Part shown: positions 1 to 13,109 of the stretch, in pieces | How positions within the stretch are numbered: the first letter of the stretch is position 1 | Layout of the letters: the number at the start of each line of letters is the position of its first letter | NCBI GenBank assembly: GCA_002269645.1 | Contig: NIVC01000879.1 | Span: 18,666-82,665 of the forward strand | Source of the DNA: Macrostomum lignano | Lineage: Eukaryota | DNA length: 64,000 nt | Direction: 5' to 3' | Program-made: the position numbers and the translations under genes | The notes under the pieces: model-generated | The model's input: the letters and a program-made list of their open reading frames with translations, nothing else | Told to the model about the DNA's origin: nothing | Databases searched by the model: none

Positions 1-2968
1 AGTGCTGAAGGTTAAGGGAGAGCGGCTCTCAGTGCTGAAGGTTAAGGGAGAGCGGCTCTCAGTGCTGAAGGTTAAGGGAGAGCGGCTCTCAGTGCTGAGG
101 GTTAAGGGAGAGCGGCTCTCAGTGCTGAGGGTTAAGGGAGAGCGGCTCTCAGTGCTGAGGGTTAAGGGAGAGCGGCTCTCAGTGCTGAGGGTTAAGGGAG
201 AGCGACTCTCAGTGCTGAGGGTTAAGGGAGAGCGGCTCTCAGTGCTGAGGGTTAAGGGAGAGCGGCTCTCAGTGCTGAGGGTTAAGGGAGAGCGGCTCTC
301 AGTGCTGAGGTTAAGGGAGAGCGGCTCTCAGTGCTGAGGTTAAGGGAGAGCGACTCTCAGTGCTGAAGGTTAAGGGAGAGCGACTCTCAGTGCTGAGGGT
401 TAAGGGAGAGCGCTCTCAGTGCTGAAGGTTAAGGGAGAGCGCTCTCAGTGCTGAAGGTTAAGGGAGAGCGGCTCTCAGTGCTGAAGGTTAAGGGAGAGCG
501 GCTCTCAGTGCTGAAGGTTAAGGGAGAGCGGCTCTCAGTGCTGAAGGTTAAGGGAGAGCGGCTCTCAGTGCTGAAGGTTAAGGGAGAGCGGCTCTCAGTG
601 CTGAAGGTTAAGGGAGAGCGGCTCTCAGTGCTGAAGGTTAAGGGAGAGCGGCTCTCAGTGCTGAAGGTTAAGGGAGAGCGGCTCTCAGTGCTGAAGGTTA
701 AGGGAGAGCGGCTCTCAGTGCTGAAGGTTAAGGGAGAGCGGCTCTCAGTGCTGAAGGTTAAGGGAGAGCGGCTCTCAGTGCTGAAGGTTAAGGGAGAGCG
801 GCTCTCAGTGCTGAAGGTTAAGGGAGAGCGGCTCTCAGTGCTGAAGGTTAAGGGAGAGCGGCTCTCAGTGCTGAAGGTTAAGGGAGAGCGGCTCTCAGTG
901 CTGAAGGTTAAGGGAGAGCGGCTCTCAGTGCTGAAGGTTAAGGGAGAGCGGCTCTCAGTGCTGAAGGTTAAGGGAGAGCGGCTCTCAGTGCTGAAGGTTA
1001 AGGGAGAGCGGCTCTCAGTGCTGAAGGTTAAGGGAGAGCGGCTCTCAGTGCTGAAGGTTAAGGGAGAGCGGCTCTCAGTGCTGAAGGTTAAGGGAGAGCG
1101 GCTCTCAGTGCTGAAGGTTAAGGGAGAGCGGCTCTCAGTGCTGAAGGTTAAGGGAGAGCGGCTCTCAGTGCTGAAGGTTAAGGGAGAGCGGCTCTCAGTG
1201 CTGAAGGTTAAGGGAGAGCGGCTCTCAGTGCTGAAGGTTAAGGGAGAGCGGCTCTCAGTGCTGAAGGTTAAGGGAGAGCGGCTCTCAGTGCTGAAGGTTA
1301 AGGGAGAGCGGCTCTCAGTGCTGAAGGTTAAGGGAGAGCGGCTCTCAGTGCTGAAGGTTAAGGGAGAGCGGCTCTCAGTGCTGAAGGTTAAGGGAGAGCG
1401 GCTCTCAGTGCTGAAGGTTAAGGGAGAGCGGCTCTCAGTGCTGAAGGTTAAGGGAGAGCGGCTCTCAGTGCTGAAGGTTAAGGGAGAGCGGCTCTCAGTG
1501 CTGAAGGTTAAGGGAGAGCGGCTCTCAGTGCTGAAGGTTAAGGGAGAGCGGCTCTCAGTGCTGAAGGTTAAGGGAGAGCGGCTCTCAGTGCTGAAGGTTA
1601 AGGGAGAGCGGCTCTCAGTGCTGAAGGTTAAGGGAGAGCGGCTCTCAGTGCTGAAGGTTAAGGGAGAGCGGCTCTCAGTGCTGAAGGTTAAGGGAGAGCG
1701 GCTCTCAGTGCTGAAGGTTAAGGGAGAGCGGCTCTCAGTGCTGAAGGTTAAGGGAGAGCGGCTCTCAGTGCTGAAGGTTAAGGGAGAGCGGCTCTCAGTG
1801 CTGAAGGTTAAGGGAGAGCGGCTCTCAGTGCTGAAGGTTAAGGGAGAGCGGCTCTCAGTGCTGAAGGTTAAGGGAGAGCGGCTCTCAGTGCTGAAGGTTA
1901 AGGGAGAGCGGCTCTCAGTGCTGAAGGTTAAGGGAGAGCGGCTCTCAGTGCTGAAGGTTAAGGGAGAGCGGCTCTCAGTGCTGAAGGTTAAGGGAGAGCG
2001 GCTCTCAGTGCTGAAGGTTAAGGGAGAGCGGCTCTCAGTGCTGAAGGTTAAGGGAGAGCGGCTCTCAGTGCTGAAGGTTAAGGGAGAGCGGCTCTCAGTG
2101 CTGAAGGTTAAGGGAGAGCGGCTCTCAGTGCTGAAGGTTAAGGGAGAGCGGCTCTCAGTGCTGAAGGTTAAGGGAGAGCGGCTCTCAGTGCTGAAGGTTA
2201 AGGGAGAGCGGCTCTCAGTGCTGAAGGTTAAGGGAGAGCGGCTCTCAGTGCTGAAGGTTAAGGGAGAGCGGCTCTCAGTGCTGAAGGTTAAGGGAGAGCG
2301 GCTCTCAGTGCTGAAGGTTAAGGGAGAGCGGCTCTCAGTGCTGAAGGTTAAGGGAGAGCGGCTCTCAGTGCTGAAGGTTAAGGGAGAGCGGCTCTCAGTG
2401 CTGAAGGTTAAGGGAGAGCGGCTCTCAGTGCTGAAGGTTAAGGGAGAGCGGCTCTCAGTGCTGAAGGTTAAGGGAGAGCGGCTCTCAGTGCTGAAGGTTA
2501 AGGGAGAGCGGCTCTCAGTGCTGAAGGTTAAGGGAGAGCGGCTCTCAGTGCTGAAGGTTAAGGGAGAGCGGCTCTCAGTGCTGAAGGTTAAGGGAGAGCG
2601 GCTCTCAGTGCTGAAGGTTAAGGGAGAGCGGCTCTCAGTGCTGAAGGTTAAGGGAGAGCGGCTCTCAGTGCTGAAGGTTAAGGGAGAGCGGCTCTCAGTG
2701 CTGAAGGTTAAGGGAGAGCTCTCAGTGCTGAGGTTAAGGGAGAGCGGCTCTCAGTGCTGAAGGTTAAGGGAGAGCCGCTCTCAGTGCTGAGGTTAAGGGA
2801 GAGCGGCTCTCAGTGCTGAAGGTTAAGGGAGAGCGGCTCTCAGTGCTGAAGGTTAAGGGAGAGCGCTCTCAGTGCTGAGGTTAAGGGAGAGCGGCTCTCA
2901 GTGCTGAAGGTTAAGGGAGAGCCGCTCTCAGTGCTGAGGGTTAAGGGAGAACGGCTCTCAGTGCTGAA
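1..2968. repeat. 30-bp satellite/minisatellite array (AGTGCTGAAGGTTAAGGGAGAGCGGCTCTC)n, open at the window start
   Basis: Unit read directly. Near-perfect core ~448-2700, variant units with point changes and 1-3 nt deletions at both edges. Each unit holds the hairpin GAGAG-CGG-CTCTC. Confidence 0.98.
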
Positions 2969-3599
2969 GATTTTGAAGCGTCCTCTTAACGTTATTTATT
3001 GGTCAGTTTTGCTCATATTTCCAGTCGTAGTTTGTTATACTGACTCTCTCCTTGGCCTGGAGTGGAATGGTTCTCACAATAAACCTTCCGTACCTTCCGG
3101 TTTCTCCACAATGTTTTTATTAGTTGGTTGCCACTGCATTATTATCTGTGTTAGAAATCTAAAATGAGGATATGTAATCTTGGGAATACGGAACAAGCCG
3201 AGTTCACATGTGCGCCCACTTATTTAGCTATATAATGCTAGTTTAATGCTATGAGACAGCCAGCCATTTGGGGGATTCATACAGTTAATGCAGTTCGAAA
3301 TATGTTATATATATGTGCTTACCATTGACATCCTTGCGTATTATGCTTTTATATCTATGGATCTCGGAACTGGTTCAAGTTTTGAAAATATTCTTTAAAA
3401 ATTGTATATAAGGAGGATCTGGGATGTCTCTCGTGCGAGCGGGGGCACGGGAAGCGGCACTCATATTTTCTTAACAATAATGTTTAGATCGAATATTGTT
3501 TAGGAAAGGTTGGCTGCTTCAAATGACACTGAGTTTCTTGTAAAGCTGTGGGGAAACTGACAATGAAGAGTTTTCTGGATTTTTTTCTCCAACTTTTCC

Positions 3600-4137
3600 A
3601 CTCTCATAGACGATTCTCATAGACAATTCTCATAGACTATTCTCATAGACTATTCTCATAGACTATTCTCATAGACAATTCTCATAGACAATTCTCATAG
3701 ACAATTCTCATAGACAATTCTCATAGACAATTCTCATAGACAATTCTCATAGACAATTCTCATACACAATTCTCATAGACAATTCTCATCGACAATTCTG
3801 ATAGACAATTCTCATAGACAATTCTGATAGACAATTCTCATCGACAATTCTGATAGACAATTCTCATAGACAATTCTGATAGACAATTCTCATAGACAAT
3901 TCTCATAGACAATTCTCATAGACAATTCTCATAGACAATTCTCATAGACAATTCTCATAGACAATTCTCATAGACAATTCTCATAGACAATTCTCATAGA
4001 CAATTCTCATAGACTATTCTCATAGACTATTCTCATAGACAATTCTCATAGACAATTCTCATAGACTATTCCCATAGACAATTCTCATAGACAATTCTCA
4101 TAGACAATTCTCATAGACAATTCTCATAGACAATTCG
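3600..4137. repeat. 13-bp minisatellite (TTCTCATAGACAA)n
   Basis: Direct reading; period 13 (e.g. 3901 to 3914). Confidence 0.95.
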
Positions 4138-4681
4138 CTCATAGCTGCGGCCAGATGAGAGAGAAAAGGAGAGGGAATAGAGAAGCAGATATAGAAGATG
4201 AGAGAAGAGATGATTCAAAAGTTAGGAAAGTTAGATTGGATTGCTATAGTAAATTAGAGAGGCCTCTTGCAGAGCCGCATGTGTTTTAAGCCATGAGGAA
4301 TAGGGGATGGGTAGGGTGAGGCGGGGGCTGCTCTTGCAGGTTAATCGGGTGTGCAGACACCCAGTTGAGGTCGCGTGTTGGCCAAACCTCTCCGGAGTCT
4401 TTCAAGTGGAAAAGAATTCTTCCCGCTAAACAGACACCAAGCAATCCAGCGCATTGCAACCGCTTATTCATTGAGAAAGTTTTATACAATATAAAGCTAG
4501 AGGATCGGTTGAAATTTCCCATTTTCACATTGCCTGTCACCTGTCCACCCCTTAGTCGCTGCATGGCATCGGGGCTTTCTCTCTGATTGAATAGACTGAA
4601 CTATACTCTTTCTGTGTGAAACATCCAGCTGAGAGCTGGTGGCCAGTGCTGTCTGGAAACCATGTTTTTCGCAGTCTTTTT

Positions 4682-5640
4682 AAGAGAGAGAGGAGAGAGG
4701 GGAGAGAGAAGGCAGAAGAGAGGTGGATATGGGTGAAAGGGGCACAGGGGCGAATAGATCAGGGAGGTTGGGAGAGTAGAGGAGGGGAGAGTAGAGAGAG
4801 GAGGGAAGAGAAGAGAGAGGAGGGGAGAGAAGAGAGAGGGGGGAGAGAAAAAGAGGAGAGAAGAGAGAGGAGAGGAGAAGGGAGAGGTGAGAGGGGAGAG
4901 GAGAGGAGAGAGGGGAGAGGAGAGGAGAGAGCGGAGATGAGAGAGGGGAGAGGAGAGGAGAGAGCGGAGATGAGAGAGGGGAGAGGAGAGGAGAGAGCGG
5001 AGATGAGAGGGGAGAGGAGAGGAGAGAGCGGAGATGAGAGAGGGGAGAGGAGATGAGAGAGCGGAGATGAGAGAGGGGAGAGGAGAGGAGAGAGCGGAGA
5101 TGAGAGAGGGGAGAGGAGAGGAGAGAGCGGAGATGAGAGAGGGGAGAGGAGAGGAGAGAGCGGAGATGAGAGAGGGGAGAGGAGAGGAGAGAGCGGAGAT
5201 GAGAGAGGGGAGAGGAGAGGAGAGAGCGGAGATGAGAGAGGGGAGAGGAGAGGAGAGAGCGGAGATGAGAGAGGGGAGAGGAGAGGAGAGAGCGGAGATG
5301 AGAGAGGGGAGAGGAGAGGAGAGAGCGGAGATGAGAGAGGGGAGAGGAGAGGAGAGAGCGGAGATGAGAGAGGGGAGAGGAGAGGAGAGAGCGGAGATGA
5401 GAGAGGGGAGAGGAGAGGAGAGAGCGGAGATGAGAGAGGGGAGAGGAGAGGAGAGAGCGGAGATGAGAGAGGGAGAGGAGAGGAGAGAGCGGAGATGAGA
5501 GAGGGGAGAGGAGAGGAGAGAGCGGAGATGAGAGAGGGGAGAGGAGAGGAGAGAGCGGAGATGAGAGAGGGGAGAGGAGAGGAGAGAGCGGAGATGAGAG
5601 AGGGGAGAGGAGAGGAGAGAGCGGAGATGAGAGAGGAGAT
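4682..5640. repeat. Polypurine (GA-rich) tract with a 33-bp tandem unit from ~4925
   Basis: Almost only G/A; the unit translates as the 11-codon MREGRGEERAE repeat, giving a 33-bp period. Confidence 0.92.
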
Positions 5641-6415
5641 AAAGACAGTGCAGGAGACAAAGGTGACGAATGCAGGTTGAAATGATCCGAAGCAGTTTTC
5701 AAGTTATGAAGCAGAATCGTCTTGCCTAGTAAAATTACTGAAAAGTGTGGCAACCATTGAGTAGACAATAAATAATTTTTTCCTTTCCTTCAATGGGTGT
5801 CTCTGACTGAGATCTTAACTATATCGCTCCATAACTCCATGGCATGTTTGACCAGTTGTCTATTCATTCCCAGGCAGTAATTTATATCAGGCATTGAGAT
5901 TGAGAACCTTATACTCGTATATCAAATATCCCTTTTAACCTGAGCACTGCTGCAGGTGTTCAAGCAGGCGGTCTCGCACACAGCAGCCACTTGAGTTTGG
6001 TCCCTGCAGCAGGTCCTGACTCCTGAATATTTATATAACATTTCAGAATGGAATTGTCTCGATACAGAGCAGCCCTGCCAGCCTTTGGGTATTATAATGG
6101 TTGAAAAATTGGAGAATCCAGTTGCAACAAAAAAGCACAGAGGGAGGGGGGGGGTTTGCTTATTGGGTATTGGGGGCTTCGGCTGTGTTTGTTCACCTTG
6201 TAGGCTGTGTTGGATCTGCAGACCTGTTTTATACTGCATTTGGAGTGGCAATTGATATTCCCCAATAATACAGCGATCCCACCGCTCTCTACATACACAG
6301 TTTGTTAAGATTCATTATTTATGCTGAATCTGCATTTAAAGTATAATAAAAATAGCAAATTTCATTTTCGCGCACAAGCCTCAAATAAATGATTAAAGAC
6401 AACAATTTGATCCAG

Positions 6416-6587
6416 TAGCGGATCCAGAAAATGTTGAACGGGGGGGGGGCGCAGACTACTAAGGTACATATATATTCATATCATGTACAAGTATATGTAC
6501 ATGATAATGTGTATTTACCATATAAAAAATCAAGAAAATCAAACTCAACGGGGGGCGCGCCCTGTGCGCCCCCCTCTAAATCCGCTA
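6416..6587. mobile_element. Short MITE-like element with terminal inverted repeats, upstream of Gsx
   Basis: TAGCGGAT at 6416 and ATCCGCTA ending 6587 are reverse complements. Sub-terminal GGGGGGCGCAG / CTGTGCGCCCCCC are also roughly complementary. No clear TSD. Confidence 0.55.
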
Positions 6588-6895
6588 ACGATTTGATCGA
6601 GTTAGAAAGAAGTTGAGTCTGTAGCTTCTTTCATGTTTGCTCCGATCGTCATTAAAAAAATGTCAGCCACTAAGAGAAAGAGCCAAGCAGAGCTCTCTCA
6701 TTGGCTGGGCACACGAGGCCACCCCCTGGCCTTGCGATAACGGGAGCCAATACCGAGAGGGAAGCGGCTGAGGAGTTGGCTGGCGGAGCAGCGAGATATT
6801 ATAGCCAAGAATTTTAAATGCCTGCTCAATAAAGCCAGCCAGAATTGCTTTCAGTTCAATTCTTATTTCCTAAACTAGACAAGCGGCCAGAAAAA

Positions 6896-9800
6896 ATGTC
6901 TTCTTCAAAGTCATTCCTAGTAGACAGTCTCGTATCGACAAGCAGCAGCGGCAGCGGCAGCAGCAAGGCCAGCCACTCCAGTTTCAATAAGAGACTGCAG
7001 CAGCAGCAGCAGCAGCATCCACCGCTCCTTCCGCCGAGCACTCAAGCTGCAGCGGCCGCGGCGGCGGCGGCGGCGGCAGCTGCAGCGGGTTTTCCCCTGG
7101 ACTGCCAGTCCGCTGTCCTGTTCAACCACCTGCAACTGCAGCAGCACGCCTTCAAGGCCGATCCGGCTCTTCATCACCATCAGCAGCAGCACCAGCGGAT
7201 GCTGCAGCCTGCAGGATCGCCGATGAACTTTGAGCAGCAGCGGCAGAGCGGCGGGCTTCCACATCAGCAGATGCCGCCCCTGCTGCCTTCTTGGCTCGCA
7301 GCTGCCTATCCCTACCTGCCCTTTGTTACCTTGCCGCCTCCGCTGCCGCCTCATCATCATCATCAGCAGCAGCAGCAGATGATTCAACAACACGAAGACG
7401 TTTCGCTGTCGCCGCCTTCGCCGACTCAGCAGCAGCAGGTGGTTCAGCAGCAGCAGCAGCGGCAGCGCCAGATGGAGCTGAGTGAGCCGCCGCCAAGTCT
7501 GCTGAGAGTTCGGGACACTTTGAAGCGGCCGTTGCCGACACAGCAACAGCAGGAACAGCGGCAGTTGGACAGCTCTGCAGTTGAAGATGGTGAGCCGATT
7601 AATATTAATGATGGTTTGTGTTTGACAGGATGGGAGGGGTTTAGCGACTGGGCTATCTGACAGGATGGGAGGGGTTTAGCGACAAGCTATTTGACAGGAT
7701 GGGAGGGGTTTAGCGACTGGGCTATCTGACAGGATGGGAGGGGTTTAGCGACAAGCTATTTGACAGGATGGGAGGGGTTCGGCGACAGGCTATCTGACAG
7801 GATGGGAGGGGTTTAGCGACAAGCTATCTGACAGGATGGGAGGGGTTTAGCGACAAGCTATTTGACAGGATGGGAGGGGTTCGGCGACAGGCTATCTGAC
7901 AGGATGGGAGGGGCTTAGCGACAGGCTATCTGACAGGATGGGAGGGGTTTGGCGACAAGCTATCTGACAGGATGGGAGGGGTTTGGCGACAAGCTATCTG
8001 ACAGGATGGGAGGGGCTTAGCGACAAGCTATTTGACAGGATGGGAGGGGTTTGGCGACAAGCTATCTGACAGGATAGGAGGGGTTTAGCGACAGGCTATC
8101 TGACAGGATGGGAGGGGTTTGGCGACAAGCTATCTGACAGGATAGGAGGGGTTTAGCGACAGGCTATCTGACAGGATGGGAGGGGTTTGGCGACAAGCTA
8201 TCTGACAGGATGGGAGGGGTTTGGCGACAAGCTATTTGACAGGATGGGAGGGGCTTAGCGACAGGCTATCTGACAGGATGGGAGGGGTTTAGCGACAGGC
8301 TATCTGACAGGATGGGAGGGGCTTAGCGACAGGCTATCTGACAGGATGGGAGGGGTTTAGCGACAAACTAAGCCCTATACCAAAGGCACTCAGTGAAGTG
8401 ATCTGACAAAGCACAGCGAGTCACATTGGTCAGACATCTCCACCACCATGAAGTGGGTTCCGCGGGCGTCTGGTTAGCGGTGAAATATTGCAACAGCGTA
8501 AGCTTAGCCTAGCAGTGGGGTAATTGGGTCACGTGACTCTGTCTGCCTTATTGTTGAAACTAAACTTGCATTTTTCAGCAGTTTGCTAACTAATAAAGCT
8601 CCCTTATCATCACTGCAGTGTCGGGGTCTCGTATCACCCGCGCCTACAAGTCGCAAGCGAGATACACTTGACTTGAAGCCCCATTCCAAATTTCCCAAAC
8701 CAATTTTCGGGAGAAAGTCTTAGAAGTGTTTTTAGAATTGTTGTTACCACAGGAAATTTCAAGCAATTGACACTTGAGGCTGAAAAAATCCTTAACGTAT
8801 TCATGTTGGGGGGGGGTCGCAACACCAGTTTAGCGCACGCGGCGTCAAAAACCGTCTGGCACAATATCCCACAGCCACTTTTAAAGACATATTCAACAGC
8901 AGGCAATATAAGCATTGATGGTGGCACAAGACATGGAGCTCAAGGAATGAGGCAGGCAGGGGCAATTCATTGTTGCCTTGTATCGCAGAATCAATTAAAC
9001 AAGCCAGTATATATTCTGCAAGCTATAGTTGAACACTTCAATGTCGTTGAGTGCCTTCACTCAACAAGCGAGGTCACGCCTTTTATGCCTCACTTAGCGG
9101 AGCTTCTGAGCATAGCAACTACTCAACCGTTCCCTCAGAGCCTCCGACTCCAGCACTCTACTCTGTTATGAGTTCTGTTATGAGAAGTAAATTATTCTAC
9201 AAAGAATTAAATTAGAAAAGCATGAATATAGTTATTGTTGATTAGTTTGCCGGAGTTATTAGCTGACTAAAAGTATGCAGTCATGTAATGATTCAGTCAC
9301 TGTAGTTCTAGACTGACATGGTTCTGTTTAAAACATTGAAAATGGCACTTTTCCCAATAAACCAAAAATGGCACTTTTCCCAATAAATCAAAAATGGCAC
9401 TTTTCCCAACAAATCGAATATGGCACTTTTGCAATCTGAAATCTCTGCAAAATCGAACTTTCATTTCCAAGACTCAAATTCTAACAAAGAACCTGTGGCC
9501 ACCCCCCCCCCACTTCATCAGCAGCAACATCGGCGGCCGACACCGACCAGCCAGAGGACCGGAACTCCAAGCGGATGCGCACAGCCTTCACCAGCGAGCA
9601 GCTGCTGGCCCTGGAGCGCGAGTTCGCGGCCAACATGTACCTGTCCCGGCTGCGCCGTATCGAGATCGCTCGCTACCTGCGCCTGTCCGAGAAGCAGGTG
9701 AAAATCTGGTTTCAAAACCGCCGAGTTCGCTATAAGAAAGAGACGGCAGCCTCGGCTGGCTGCGGCGCCGGAGGGACCGCCTCATCGGCAGGATTCGAAC

Positions 9801-9931
9801 CCGAGACCTCCTGTCGGTGCTGTTTGAAGGCTTCGACCACCACTACGACAGCAACAGCAGCAGCCTCGGAAACTGTTGAGCTGGACGTGACAAAAGTTGA
9901 GATGGACGAAAATTTCGAGGACAATGTCTAG
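6896..9931 (+). CDS. Gsx: GS homeobox protein (Gsx/ind, ParaHox class); exons 6896-7589 and 9522-9931
   Basis: N-terminal [12 protein letters not shown] matches the Gsx SNAG-like motif. Homeodomain [58 protein letters not shown] is diagnostic of Gsx. Phase-1 donor G|gtgagc at 7590 joins acceptor catcag|CA at 9521 in frame. AATAAA at 10219. Confidence 0.93.
7621..8366. repeat. 34-bp minisatellite in the Gsx intron
   Basis: (TGACAGGATGGGAGGGGTTTAGCGACAAGCTATC)n; period 34 (7801 to 7835). Confidence 0.95.
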
Positions 9932-10324
9932 CCAACTAAAATTAACAACCTTCGTCTAATGTTATATTTTATATTATAAAATATGAAATCAAATAATTAG
10001 TTGCTTCTTCATGTGTGCAGCTGGCTAAACAAAATATCAATTTGTTTTTTTAAACATCTGTCCTCTCCTGTATCTTATTGTTATATATCTGTGTATTGTT
10101 TACTTAAATGTCTGTGTAAAATTTAGTGCTATTAATCTTTTCTGATGACTCTGCGGTACACCAATGTTGTCTCTTTTGCGGACTGGCTGCTTATTCATAA
10201 ACCTGTGCCGACTTCTGTAATAAAAAATAAGAAAAAGTTCAAAATCAAAATTTAGTGCAACTTTGTGTTTAAATCGTTTTTAATTAATCGTTTTTTCTAA
10301 AAATGGCACAAGGTTCTAGGAATT

Positions 10325-10555
10325 CTGATATAGGTTTGCAGGAATTCTGCGCCATAGGTTTCCAGGAATGGCGCTATAGGTTTCCAGGAATGGCGCCATA
10401 GGTTTCCAGGAATGGCGCTATAGGTTTCCAGTAATGGCGCTATAGGTTTCCAGGAATGGCGCTATATGTTTCCAGGAATTCTGCGCTATAGGTTTCCAGG
10501 AATGGCGCTATAGGTTTCCAGCAATGGCGCTATAGGTTTCCAGCAATGGCACTAT
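10325..10555. repeat. 22-bp minisatellite
   Basis: (GCGCTATAGGTTTCCAGGAATG)n, degenerate. Confidence 0.88.
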
Positions 10556-12195
10556 GGTCTCCATCCAGAATCTTGGCCGTCATGTTGCTGCAAGTTACCA
10601 ACGAGTCTCGCTCCCATGACTAATTTTTAGAAAGAAACTATTAACTATTTCCAGTTTTTTATGATCTTATTTTGCAGTTGGAAACAGAAATTACCTGTCA
10701 TACACCTATAGGGTAAGGTTATATTTTACAGTCTAGAGAAAATTAAATGTCAATCTTTAAAAAATTAGGGATCTGATGGTGACATTTCTGTCTGTAAAAG
10801 ATTTTTTCCCAAAAATGTGTTTCACTAATCCTCCCTGATTGGGATTTTATTGCTCCACGGAGCCCCTTGGCTTAATCCTCTTGTGCATCAGTCCTCTCGT
10901 GGGTTGGGGGGGGGGAGCTTTCTATTGCGTAGTTGGACTCCAACCTTAATCCCTTTTGATTCAATGGATTGGACCATGCAGTCCAAGCAGATTTTGACAG
11001 TGAAGTTACCATGGCAAGAATAAAATGTCACAGGTTGGCTGCATGAAGATCCTTCGCGTTGTTGGTTGGCTTTTTGACAAATTGTTGCAATTAATTCAAA
11101 GCATATGCGTCGGAACGTTCTAAAAAGTGGGGGGGGGGGGCGAGGTGGGCGGCCGGCCAGGTACCATTGATGCCCCGGCCCCACTATAAAAGTGGGCGGC
11201 CAGACCATGGATTTGGGTACCATTTTAACTTTAAAAGTGGTTTATGATTGAAAGTGACACACTCCGGTGTATCTTTAGGCGCTGGCGCTGACACACATAC
11301 CTGAATGAGCTTCTCTGGGAGCACAAAAATGAATGCGGGGAAGATGTAAGTCGCTGTGATTAATTTTTCAAAAATATGGTTGCTATGAGTCAAACAGCAA
11401 ACTGTTGTGTCAAGAAGAGCAACACGTGTGTACAGCCATTCTCCATCTCCGCAAAAACGCCTATAAGAAGGCAAACATGATAACATGTAAAAAACATCTC
11501 GGAATCTCGGTTTTTATCTCGGAATCTTAGCTAGCCGCCCCAACAGCGAATATTTGCCGAACTCCAAAGACAGTTGCTATGATATTGATTGTTGCTAATT
11601 AAGTTCGCGGTCAAACTGAAGTTTATAGCCATCAGTTTACGTTTGGGAATATATGAGCTATATGTGTTTTTTGTTAGAAAGAATCAGTTCAAAGTTTCAT
11701 TCGAACAAACCCCGCCAGCACGTGTTAAGTATTTGTTATTCCATATCTTGTACACACGCAGACAAAAGCCGCGAGCCATGTCTGAACTGTTTGCCATGCT
11801 GTCTCATCCCCTTTTTTTCATTGAATTTGATCGCCGTCCTGTGGGATATGGGATCTGGGGATGTGGGTATTGGGCGGTAGGTGGCGGCGCGAATTGTGGA
11901 CTCCCAACTGTGAAAATTGTAGCTGTTGTGTTTGATAGAAATTTGCGAATAGTTTTGAAACAGAGAGCGGAGAGAACAGCGAAGTCGATTGTCTATGGCC
12001 CGCTAGTGGTCCAGGATCCCTATAATAGAGGTATTTGGACTGGAAACACTGCTCCGGCTCCGGCTTCAGCGTTCCGTTCGCATCTCTTAAATCAGGGGTC
12101 GCCCGCGGGCCACGTGCGAAGCTTCTCTACCCGGCCGGCTCTCGGGTCGTTTGAGCCTTCACAATTAGCAATCCGGACTGCTCAATGTTTGTGTT

Positions 12196-12655
12196 CTTCT
12201 CTCTCCTTCTCTCCTCTCTTCCTTCTCTCCTCTCTTCCTTCTGTCCTTTCTTCCTTCTCTCCTCTCTTCCTTCTCTCCTCTCTTCCTTCTCTTCTCTCTC
12301 TCATTCTCTCCTCTCTCCTTCTCTCCTCTCTTCATTCTCTCCTCTCTCCTTCTCTCCTCTCTTCATTCTCTCCTCTCTCCTTCTCTCCTCTCTTCCTTCT
12401 CTCCTCTCTTCCTTCTCTCCTCTCTCCTTCTCTCCTCTCTTCATTCTCTCCTCTCTCCTTCTCTCCTCTCTTCATTCTCTCCTCTCTCCTTCTCTCCTCT
12501 CTTCATTCTCTCCTCTCTCCTTCTCTCCTCTCTTCCTTCTCTCCTCTCTTCCTTCTCTCATCTCTTCCTTCTCTCATCTCTTCCTTCTCTCCTCTCTTCA
12601 TTCTCACCTCTTTTCTTCTCTCCTCTCTTCTTTTCTCCTCTCTCCTCTTTTCTCC
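12196..12655. repeat. Polypyrimidine (CT-rich) tandem tract
   Basis: Almost only C/T with recurring TTCTCTCCTCTCT units. Confidence 0.9.
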
Positions 12656-13109
12656 AAAACTTCTGATCCCTCAAATTTTAAATCCTTAAAACTTCAAAGT
12701 CCCCAAATGAGGTGGTTCTTTTTCGAAACACGTGATATCTTCAAACTCCAGTCCAGATACATGTAGGAGGCCATGAAAGAAACCGCCAGCCGACGCGCTC
12801 GGCACGGCAATTAAAAAAGCAACTTACGGTTAACTTGACTCCTATTTCTGCCCTCAATGCGCAGACAATGGAAATCGGAATTGGTTTTCACGCCAGCCCC
12901 CGGGGGCATTAATTGTGTCCCTGATTCAGTCGGGACGGAAGTCAGGAAACATCTGGACCTCGGCGGTTTGTAGCGCGAGGCGAAAAAAACCACAGCAGTT
13001 TTAGAAATTCTGAATTGCGGTATCATTTTAAGCCCAAACCTATAGGATTGGCCAAGGATCACCCGCAATAAAGAGAATTTGGATTGTCGACTTCTACTCC
13101 GAATGTCAT

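Noticed and set aside
448-2760. 770-aa ORF (LKVKGERLSV)n
   Set aside because: A by-product of a stop-free 30-bp satellite; no start context or unique sequence.
4616-5768. Long E/R-rich and L/S/P-rich ORFs
   Set aside because: Translations of a polypurine repeat on both strands.
6917-7546. Antisense and alternative-frame ORFs over Gsx exon 1
   Set aside because: Shadows of GC-rich CAG/GCG coding sequence.
8500-9171. ORFs in the Gsx intron (64-134 aa)
   Set aside because: No recognisable domain or splice support; possibly decayed repeat DNA.
11589-12766. 366-aa and 193-aa ORFs
   Set aside because: Kept open by the CT-rich tract; no family motifs. A hAT-like CAGGGGTCGCC end at ~12085 had no partner I could find.
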